A program made the position numbers and the translations under genes. The notes beneath the pieces were generated by a model that was given only the letters and a program-made list of their open reading frames with translations, was not told the DNA's origin and made no database searches. From the NCBI GenBank assembly GCA_964016885.1, contig OZ024766.1, forward strand, positions 22,072,001-22,136,000: DNA of 64,000 nt, written 5' to 3'. Source of the stretch: Eledone cirrhosa. Taxonomy: Eukaryota. Shown piece by piece: positions 54,001-64,000 of this stretch; position 1 is the stretch's first letter, and every line of letters begins with the position of its first letter.

Positions 54001-54305
54001 TCCAGGAATTTGATCTTCCATTTTTGAGTATTGGTGGAAGGGCTGATGCCTTGGGCGTTAAGCAAAAATGTAGAGGCGAGAGTGGATGGTTTTAATTGTT
54101 TTGGTGTGTTGTTAATTTGTTTGTTTGTTAATGGCAGCAATGGGAGTTTGTGCAGTGGGGTGATAGTGGAGGGTGGTGCTGGGTGATAGCTCGAATGTTT
54201 TTTTCCAGTTCTTTTGCCAGATTCATTATGGCTAAAAAAGAGGAAGAAGTTTCCTGTTTAGAAGACTGTTGGTGACTGTGGTAGTGGTTATTTTTATGTA
54301 GGTTA
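51030..54305 (-). mobile_element. 5'-truncated CR1/Jockey-group LINE (ORF1 tail, full ORF2, short 3' UTR)
   Basis: Bounded by (TA)n; 3' end has a GGCCA/TGGCC hairpin and a CAAAGTTA tandem tail. Confidence 0.88.
51120..54140 (-). CDS. LINE ORF2: AP endonuclease plus reverse transcriptase, uninterrupted
   Basis: Endonuclease motifs LTETHL, YRPP, GDFN, LDLIF, SDH; RT motifs YRPISLTS, DFSKAFD, GVPQGTVLGPLLF, FADD. Confidence 0.95.
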   Translation of the reverse strand: MLPLTNKQINNTPKQLKPSTLASTFLLNAQGISPSTNTQKWKIKFLEDWIDVHPNHIPFFVLTETHLSNLHLEAEVKVKNFKAIRADRAGRRKGGTAIYVHNSFSTEAMNIFTNGYCEAVTVFSQTNNLLVVGLYRPPQTPVPCFKECLNSIKCFIQECHPDNILMMGDFNLPGVDWSTNTLPPGSSASTSDREAVESLLDFMDDFFLSQLVLEPTRCHKNVLDLIFSNHTDNIHNIAVEKTLLSDHDMVLCDLRFHRPIYKPNVISPVHPFDAMDFHNANWEAISHDLAHVDWSFTHTHTPTNIKKSWQTFVDTVTNICAKHTPLRTINKSKSRIPRNRKTLIRKIKRTNKKINKLKYCQQQHINLTAISSLEIKKHNLQNNIMSLINNQRRAEEAWAIEKIKLNPKVFFSFAKKHKITGSTVGPLIDENGTLQDNAKTMGEILQKQYCSVFSNPDMADLGCIGDVTPHYTLSDITFGAPDVLAAIKEIKHNSAVGPDRFPACVLKACQHQLASPLANLWRNSLDAGYVPENLLSQSVVPVFKKGNKSLAVNYRPISLTSHIIKVFERVVRSRMTHFLESNNMLNSNQHGFRNGRDCLTQLLHHFDDILRALGEGSNTDVIYLDFSKAFDRVDHNILLRKLSNIGVTGKLLQWIKSFLSNRTQHVVVEGVKSSPAKVSSGVPQGTVLGPLLFIIYINDITDIIKHSNIKIFADDSKLQKVINGVDDRISLQSDLLAVTQWAEKNNMLLNEDKFELIHFGKEDALKLPYSLPSGETLVASNNIRDLGVTVDSNISWTTHISSKVDMARRMCSWILRTFQSRDSRTIILLFSTFARPHLEYCCPLWSPHTKQSIMKLEAPQRAITKKIDGMSDLDYWGRLENLKLYSLQRRRERYIICMMWKMFHHHCPNDVGIAFKIHPRLGPRAIRPIQKSKSQLITTIRHNYFTSIGPALFNITPGHVKTETDHTKFKKSLDKFLQVIPDKPPTPGYVSANSNSLLEWAMVPKS

Positions 54306-54319
54306 TGGTATATATGTAT

Positions 54320-54357
<38 letters not shown>

Positions 54358-54382
54358 ATGTATATATAATATATATATATAT

Positions 54383-54413
<31 letters not shown>

Positions 54414-54510
54414 ATATATATAATATATATATATTATATATATATATAATATATATATATATAATATATATATATATAATATATATGTATATATATATAT
54501 ATATATAATG

Positions 54511-54541
<31 letters not shown>

Positions 54542-54639
54542 TATATATTATATATATATTATTTATATATATATACATATATATATACATATATATATAT
54601 ATATAATGTATATATATATATTATTTATATATATATATA

Positions 54640-54915
54640 TGTGTGTATATATGTGTGTATATATGTGTGTATATATGTGTGTATATATGTGTGTATATAT
54701 GTATGTATATATGTGTGTATATATGTGTGTATATATGTGTGTATATATGTGTGTATATATGTGTGTATATATGTGTGTATATATATATATATATGTGTGT
54801 GTATATATGTGTGTATATATGTGTGTATATATGTGTGTATATATGTGTGTATATATGTGTGTATATATGTGTGTATATATGTGTGTATATATGTGTGTAT
54901 ATATGTGTGTATATA
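54640..54915. repeat. 10-bp repeat (ATATGTGTGT-like)n
   Basis: Directly visible. Confidence 0.85.
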
Positions 54916-55001
54916 TGTATATATATACAGGTAGAAAGACAATCAATAAGGCAGCTACTTCATAAAGAGAGAGAACAGCTGTTATCAGAGAGTCACACCT
55001 C

Positions 55002-55036
<35 letters not shown>

Positions 55037-55156
55037 TCAATGGGCCAACCTTGTCTCACACTGAGTCTCACTGAATCTCCCTGGGAACTACTTAAATATA
55101 CTTAAATAATGTTTGTGGAATACTCAGCCACTTACATATAATATATATATATCTGC

Positions 55157-55960
55157 ATACGAACAGCAATGCTGCATGGCAGTGAGACCTGGGCATTGTG
55201 TGCAGAGGATATACGCAGACTAGAGAGGAACGAAGCTTGCATGCTCCGCTGGATGTGTAACAGTAATATACGTGAACGGCAAAGCATAAACGAACTAAGG
55301 AATAAATTAGAGATAAGAGGGATCAGATGTTGTTTACTCGAGAGAAGGCTACGTTGGTATGGACACGTGATGCGCATGAAAGTCGATAGCTGTATAACAA
55401 AGTGCAGGGCAATAAAGATAGACGGTAGTCACGGAATAGGCAGACCTAGAAAAACCTGGGACGAGCTGATAAACTCCGACATCACACACTTACACCTCTC
55501 CAAGACAATGTCACTGGACCGAGACCTTTGGCGGTACTCAGTAACAGAGAAGACCCGCCTTACCTAAATATATAGTAAAACCTACTCCAGCCAGTAGGCA
55601 TCTCTAACAAATACACCCCGTCCCACCACCCCCACCCGATCCACACCACCCCGTTCTATGTAAAGTTATGTTGGTGCCGCGCCATCGAGGCCGAAACAAA
55701 TGAGATCGTGTAGGTGTCACGACAAAAAACACACAGTCCACGCTGTAATGTGGCCGTGTAGGCAACACGGTAAAAACCTCCCAGACCCACACTGTAAATG
55801 TGGTTGGTGTTAGGAAGGGCATCCAACTGTAGAAAACCTGCCAGACAGTCCTATGCGAGCAAGACAATCACTCTTGCCTCAAGTGGGACTACCCCCGTCC
55901 AAACCCATGCAAGCGTGGAACACGGACGTTAAACGCTGATGATGATGATGATGATGATGA
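55157..55960 (+). mobile_element. 5'-truncated RTE LINE (ORF C-terminus, 3' UTR, (GAT)n tail)
   Basis: MLHGSETWAL...RRLRWYGHVMRM...GRPRKTWDE. Confidence 0.88.
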
Positions 55961-55966
55961 TATATA

Positions 55967-56022
<56 letters not shown>

Positions 56023-56047
56023 TATATTATATTATATATTTATATAC

Positions 56048-56078
<31 letters not shown>

Positions 56079-56118
56079 ATTTATTGTATATATATATATA
56101 TATATACAATAAATTATA

Positions 56119-56160
<42 letters not shown>

Positions 56161-56290
56161 CATTTATATTATATATATGTATATTATATATATATATTTT
56201 TATTTATATATTATATATATATATTATATATATATATTATATATATATATATATATATTATATTATATTATATATGTATATTTATATATA

Positions 56291-56353
<63 letters not shown>

Positions 56354-56615
56354 CATATTATATATATATGTTTATATATATATATATATATTTATATATA
56401 CATATATATTATATACATATATACTTTATATCATCTCTATTTATTTCATTATATATATATTTCAAAGATGCAAAGTTTTACGTATAACATAAAGCAAAAT
56501 ATGTCCTCTTCAGACAAAATACATAGAAAATGTATAATCTTTTCTTGATATTCTGATAGACAAACGAACTGGACAGATCGATGACCACCAAGCATATATA
56601 TATATATGAGAATTG

Positions 56616-56696
56616 ACTTCCTGATGACGAAATGTATTCTCCATGTTTCATTCGGAAACCATGTTTATTCCCTTTCAGAAACTAATTAGTTGGAGT
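56616..56696 (+). ncRNA. Candidate type I hammerhead motif with long, irregular stem II
   Basis: ACTTC-CTGATGA-...-GAAAC-TAATTA-GTT|GGAGT; palindromic stem III loop; lies between (TA)n tracts. Confidence 0.5.
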
Positions 56697-56744
56697 GAAA
56701 TTTTAGTAAGTAAGTTAATTTTTATAATTTTCTTATTTTACGTC

Positions 56745-56783
<39 letters not shown>

Positions 56784-56911
56784 AAGTTATATTTAAAATT
56801 GTTGGGTTACAACTAGTAAATATTTATAACTGATATAAAAGCACTCGACAAATATTTGGAGTATATTTACAATATTAAATAAATGGAAAACTATATTTAT
56901 AAAACCATATT

Positions 56912-56977
56912 TATTTCATTATATATATTTCGGGGATATCATATTAACAATATGCTATGCCTTCATCAGACAAAATA
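56912..56977 (-). ncRNA. Type I minimal hammerhead motif (mirror copy)
   Basis: Reverse complement of 57153-57218. Confidence 0.7.
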
Positions 56978-57152
56978 CAATATAAACAGTTCTATAGATA
57001 AATAGATTCGACATACCGTAATAACACCGACTTCATTTGAAGAGGTTTACGCTGGCAGTGTAAACCAGCGTAAACCAGCGTAAACCTCTTCAAATGAAGT
57101 CGGTGTTATTACGGTATGTCGAATCTATTTATCTATAGAACTGTTTATATTG

Positions 57153-57218
57153 TATTTTGTCTGATGAAGGCATAGCATATTGTTAATATGATATCCCCGA
57201 AATATATATAATGAAATA
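57153..57218 (+). ncRNA. Type I minimal hammerhead motif
   Basis: TATTTTGT-CTGATGA-stem II (CATATT/AATATG)-GAAA-T-ATAT-A-TA|ATGAAATA. Confidence 0.72.
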
Positions 57219-57251
57219 AATATGGTTTTATAAATATAGTTTTCCATTTAT

Positions 57252-57307
<56 letters not shown>

Positions 57308-57653
57308 TTAATATTGAATGCAAACCAAGGCTGCTATTCCAAATCCATCAATAATTTCAACAATTGTTTCTGTAGAGATATGTGCGATGTCTTTATTGCA
57401 ACATGTACACAAACACTTCACAGAATGTAATGTAAGTATTTAGAAATACGGTCATGAAATGGTTAATACAGTGTGTCTAAAAGAAATCTGTTCCCCAAAC
57501 ATATATACATATGTATATATGTATGTATATATGTATGTATATGTATATTATTATTTAAATACTTCTTTTGTCTATGACACGTTTATGATCTCTTTGTATC
57601 ATTGATTACTTTAATATTGATTAGGTGTCAAATTGATTATATATTTATTGTGT

Positions 57654-57705
<52 letters not shown>

Positions 57706-57752
57706 TATATATATATATATATATATGTATTATATATATATATATATATATG

Positions 57753-57835
<83 letters not shown>

Positions 57836-58153
57836 GTGGGCAGAAGTGGTGAGAGAAGTAGCATTCAGCTATTAAAAACCATGTCAACCCATGGAATGGA
57901 TGGGGCCCCTGAGTCCAGTAAGACGACCTCTCTAGTGCTGGTGGCACGAATAACAGCACCCAGTCCACTCTGTAAAGTGGCGCTGGTGTTAAGAAGGGCA
58001 TCCAACCTGTATATTATTAATACCAAAAGGAATAATGAGCACAAAACATACATAAAGTAGAAATATATAAATATAAAGTAGGGCAGTGCCCCAGTATGGC
58101 CTCAGTGGATGGCGCTGAAACAGGTAAAAGAGTAAAATATATATATGTATATA

Positions 58154-58191
<38 letters not shown>

Positions 58192-58369
58192 CACTGACCT
58201 TTGTAAAAATTCTCTGAGTTTTTGGCATTTTTCTTGGTGTTCTTCTTGTTGTTGTTGTTTTTCTTGTTCTGGGTGGCTGTGGGGGTGGAAGAGGTGGTGG
58301 CGGGGTGGGAGTGAAAAGGAGAGAGAGAGAGAGAATAGGGTAAATAATATATAAGATATTTTTGTTATC

Positions 58370-58401
<32 letters not shown>

Positions 58402-58506
58402 CATCATCAATATCACTCATTTCTCTTCTCTTGACAATTTTTTTTTTGCTCTGGACATCCATATATATACATATATATATACATGCATATATATATATAT
58501 ATATTC

Positions 58507-58553
<47 letters not shown>

Positions 58554-58569
58554 TCACACACACACACAA

Positions 58570-58600
<31 letters not shown>

Positions 58601-58649
58601 AGTATATATATATATATATACACACGCACACACACACACACACACACAA

Positions 58650-58724
<75 letters not shown>

Positions 58725-58763
58725 AATATATATATATATATATACACACACACTGACACACAA

Positions 58764-58812
<49 letters not shown>

Positions 58813-58845
58813 TATATATATATATACACACACACTGACACACAA

Positions 58846-58882
<37 letters not shown>

Positions 58883-59151
58883 AATATATATATATACACA
58901 TACACACATATACACCACAACTACTTACATGGTTTGTTCTTATTGGGCCTCCTCCTTCTGTTCCTTCTACGTCCACCAATGAAAACGCCAGAATCTTCCT
59001 TCTCTCCGAGCATAGCTTTGTTGATAGCATTTTGGATCTTTTGTTTGATGTGTGTGGAAGTTTTAGCGTTTGTAGTGCTTCGACTGGTTGCTATGTTGTT
59101 CGGGTAACTGCATGGTTTCGCTGGGGAGACAGACAAACAGACAGACACATA

Positions 59152-59548
59152 TTTATATATATAAAAGCGAGGATGTGTGCGCGTCTGTGTACAAATTTGC
59201 ATACTTAAGGCTTTTACAATTACCAACAGAATTTGAACTGTGCACGTTGCACAGGTCGCTAAGATTGTCACATCACAAACATTTTTCAAATCGATCCACG
59301 TTGAGCAATAAAAAAAATCGATATCAAAATAATCGGTAGCAAAATTGATGTAAGGGAGATAACCAGCTTTATTGACAATCATTATAAAAAAAAAGGGAGA
59401 TAACCAACTTTATTGACAATCCTTATAAAGAGACTGCTTATTTTGACAGGTTGGGGACAAATAATGTTCTTCTTTTACTTACTTCCTAGCTGTATGTATA
59501 TTCTTAGTATAATTTCAAACCCCGAGCAACGCCGGGTAAATCTGCTAG
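59152..59548 (+). mobile_element. Non-autonomous Helitron-like element
   Basis: 5' TTTATATATATAAAAGCG; 3' hairpin CCCGAGC-AAC-GCCGGG then CTAG followed by T. Confidence 0.65.
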
Positions 59549-60072
59549 TCACATATATAGCTAGATTTGTATGCCCTTGAGAAGCCCTTTTTCGGGCGGC
59601 AAAACGTACGTAGGTGCTTATTGTATAAACATGTTCTAACAGTATGTATTCTCCTTTGTAATCCTTTCATTTGTAACAGCTCTGCTTATATTCTCGCCCA
59701 CTAAATATTAACGCTTCCGATATCTAACCCTGTAAGCACAAGTATTGAACACACATGCACCAGCTTTTGGCAACTAACTATATGTATCGCTTATCCCTTT
59801 AAACATTCTACTCTCTCACGATACTAAAATATTCTATATATATTTTCAAGTCTCAAATTTTAACTCTTCGTATTATTAATTTTTCTTAATATTAATCAAC
59901 ATTTGAAAAGATGGCTTTTGCAGACCCATCGAAACCGGTCATTTTTTATACCCTTTATTATTTCCTTACCTTATAAAATTGTTTTTTCACAAAAAAGTAT
60001 TCTGTCTCTTATATATTCCATGTGCCATTACCAACCTCAATTTTCTATATATATATATATATATATATATAT

Positions 60073-60560
60073 GATATTAAACAAATGGAAACTATATTTA
60101 TAAAACCATATTTATTTCATTATACATATTTCAGGGATACCATATTAAAAATATGGCATGCCTTCTTCAGATAAAATACAATATATAAGCAGTTTTATAA
60201 ATAAATTTGACGTACCATGAAATATTGATCAACTTCCATTTAAAAAAGTTGGTTTGGTAGTGAAATGTTTGTAAATATTTAGTGTTAAGCACAGTTAGAA
60301 AGAAAGACGTAGAGAAGGAATAAATGTATGTAAAGATAAACAGAGAGAGATAGAGAGAGATATGGGAGAGAGAAAGAAGGCATGCCATATTTTTAATATG
60401 GTATCCCTGAAATATGTATAATGAAATAAATATGGTTTTATAAATATAGTTTCCATTTGTTTAATATCGTATATCTACTCCCAAACTTGTTGAGTGCTTT
60501 ATATCAGTTATAAAATTATTTACTCGTTGTAACCCAACAATTTTAAATAAAACTTTTGCA
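60073..60560. mobile_element. Penelope-like relic: ~94-bp inverted arms (60073-60166 / 60374-60468), ~200-nt spacer, tail
   Basis: Tail 60469-60560 is homologous to the reverse complement of 56781-56870. Confidence 0.72.
60113..60178 (-). ncRNA. Type I minimal hammerhead motif
   Basis: TATTTTAT-CTGAAGA-AGGCATGCCATATT/AATATGGTATCCCT-GAAA-T-ATGT-A-TA|ATGAAATA. Confidence 0.72.
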
Positions 60561-60754
60561 TATATATATATATATATATATTTAATGTATAATAAACAGA
60601 CAAGGCATTGCCTTGTCTGACGAACGAACGCGGACCTCTGGTAATGAGGTAATTATATTGTATTGTTTATTATACATTAAATATTTAGCTCTGTAACTTA
60701 CATAGAGCACTCTTCATTCCTCTAACTTTCAACGGAAACTTCAACACCTATATA

Positions 60755-61298
60755 TCTATCTAAGGCGGGTAAAATTCCCGAGATCCATGGACAAGTTCTC
60801 TCCAGCAGTCTCTGTCCCTCATTATCGCTGCCATATCCTGCATCTCCAACAGACCAGTGTCTGTCCTTAGGGCATCAACATATGTTAAACTTGGTCTTCC
60901 TCTTCTAGTGTGTCCATGTAGGGGCTCCCAAAGGAGCACTGAGTGCAATGTCAACTCTGGATGTCGGTGAGAGGAAGAGCAAGGCCTGGGCGGCGTGTCA
61001 CAGCTTGAGATCGGTGTGGAAGTCGGACCTTCGTAGAGACCTGAAAATCCGCCTCTTCATTGCTGTAGTGGAGTCTGTGCTGCTGTATGGGTCTGAGACT
61101 TGGACACTGACCAAGAGACTCACTCAGATGGTGGATGGGTGCTACACGAGAATGCTGAGGATGGCTCTGAACATTAATCAGTATAGACTGAGGATGAAAA
61201 AACGCAGAGCTGTATGGGAGCATCCCAAAAGTCAGCTCAAAAGTGACACAGAGGAGACTGAGGTTCGCTGGACATGGTCACCGACATCCAGAGTTGAC
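60755..61298. mobile_element. 5'-inverted RTE-clade LINE fragment
   Basis: Plus part VESVLLYGSETWTLT...RRLRFAGH; minus part VLLWEPLHGHTRRGRP...WRELV; CCGACATCCAGAGTTGAC is shared at the junction. Confidence 0.82.
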
Positions 61299-61449
61299 CT
61301 ATATATATATATATATATAAAAAAATCATACACAAAACACCAGCACCAACAGTTTTACAAGAGATGTCAACATAAATGGACCTGTTATTTTTATCTGAAG
61401 ACATTTTTTTCCAATTCCAACCCGCCTGTCCCCTCAATCTATTTTATTT

Positions 61450-62020
61450 CTCACCTCCCTTCTGAAGTGGTACTTAAAGAAGAGGATAAGTTATTGTCCG
61501 GAGGGGAAGATGTTTGCCCTCAGTCCTTTTTAACCCACTCTCACCTCCCTTCTGAAGTGGTACTTAAAGAAGGGGATAAGTTGTTGTCCGGAGGGGAAGG
61601 TGTTTTCCCTCAGTCCTTTTTAACCCACTCTCACCTCCCTTCTGAAGTTGTACTTAAAGAAGGGGATGGGTTGTTGTCTGGAGGGGAAGGTGTTTGCCCT
61701 CAGTCCTTTCAACCTCGTCCACCATATTACCTCTTTCGCCGTAGCCACCAGACAGAGGAAGACCGCCTCTCATTCGTTCTTAAATGAAGGCGGCGGGGTG
61801 ATCCTCACGATGGACTCGGCTGACAACTCGGCTGACAGGTCCTGCTCGCATCTTGGACAGTTCCTCCTCGCATCCTGGACAGGCCCTTTTGGCAGGATCT
61901 CTGCCAGGGCGTCTGCCGTGCCTGTTGATTCTGTCTCGAACTGGTAGAGCTCCTCGGTAGCACTGCCAGGCCAGAGACCTCTGGAAGTTATCCATAGGCC
62001 CTGGACGAAAATTCCTCCCA
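61450..62020 (-). mobile_element. Degenerate Tx1/L1-like LINE fragment with internal 90-bp tandem repeat x3
   Basis: DNFQRSLAWQCYRGALPVRDR...CPGC resembles the zf-RVT region; repeat units at 61450, 61540, 61630. Confidence 0.72.
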
Positions 62021-62029
62021 TAGATAGAT

Positions 62030-62571
62030 ATATTTCTTTATTAGCCACAGGGGCACAAAAGAAGGGGACAAATACAAAGGGGGAAGTTTACATACAATAA
62101 AAACGTGTAAAATGTTATCACAAATGGAATTTAAAAAGTTAGTCGATTCTCCCCAATAGGGGGAGACAGTTCATATGGGTAACACATACCCCCGAAAAAA
62201 AAGGTGCAACCCTCATCTCCAGGAGTACGAAGAGCTTGTACTCCTTTCCTCTCCTCCTCCTTTTCCTCAACCTACAGGCTGATATTGAGAGAAGGCCCAT
62301 TCACTGGGGCCATTCTCGCCACTTTCACCCACCTTTCATAAAACTTGCTGGGGTACAGCACCCCTCTCTCCATCCTGATTCTTCTTCCAAAGTGGTATTT
62401 GAAAAAAAGAATCAGTTGTTGGCCGGAGAGAAAGGTGTCTGACCTCAGCCCTTTCAACCTTGTCCACCATACAACCTCTTTCGCCATAGCTATCACACAA
62501 AGGAAAACCGCCTCTCCTTCGTTTTTGAAGGAGGGTGGCGGTTTGATCATGACAATGTACTCGGTGGTCAT
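62030..62571 (-). mobile_element. 5'-truncated Tx1/L1-like LINE (ORF2 C-terminus plus 3' UTR)
   Basis: AMAKEVVWWTRLKG...YERWVKVARM; AATAAA; (TAGA)n on both sides. Confidence 0.78.
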
Positions 62572-62809
62572 AGATAGATAGACAGATAGACAGACAAACA
62601 GACAGACAGCTGGTCATGTGACTTACCTGGTAGTTCAATGTAGCGTCCTTGCCTTTCTTTCATGCTATGTTGTGGGAATATGTCTGGCGGAAGAGAACAA
62701 AGATATAAAGAGTTAGTTGGCTCCTACAGGACTAGTACTGTTTCAGTGTAAGAGGGAATCATATGGTTAGATTGCTGGTGAATTTTATCACTAAATTGTA
62801 TTACTAAAT

Positions 62810-64000
<1,191 letters not shown>

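Larger units (their letters stand above)
56781..57259. mobile_element. Penelope-like relic: 185-bp inverted arms (56871-57055 / 57075-57259) plus ~90-bp tail
   Basis: Arms look identical; 19-nt loop contains a repeat of TAAACCAGCG; same family as 18820-18985 and 60073-60560. Confidence 0.75.

Noticed and set aside
60580-60750. 20-bp inverted arms with CTGACGA as a hammerhead
   Set aside because: Tail is related to 9880-9960, but GAAA and the stems are missing.

Overview
Eukaryotic, very AT-rich genomic DNA dominated by (TA)n/(CA)n/(GGT)n microsatellites. The SINE and RTE families resemble those of octopod cephalopods (inference from repeat recognition only). Most ORFs in the track are microsatellite artefacts. 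Main real content: (1) a probable minus-strand gene with a >12.5 kb repeat-rich exon (37369-24811) spliced in matching phases to three small exons (18794-18595, 16711-16403, 6035-5820), ending in a CCTII CaaX-type motif; its 5' end is unresolved. (2) An intact endonuclease+RT ORF2 of a CR1/Jockey-group LINE (54140-51120) with a U-UUU-UUA heptamer in the ORF1/ORF2 overlap. (3) At least eight (TA)n-embedded palindromes or inverted repeats carrying complete or partial type I hammerhead ribozyme motifs, read as Penelope-like retroelement relics. (4) Tx1-like LINE 3' ends stacked in (ATCT)n repeats, many RTE fragments, tRNA-derived SINEs, a Helitron-like element and MITEs. (5) Many minisatellites, several visibly derived from transposon pieces. 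All calls were made by eye; no searches or folding programs were run.
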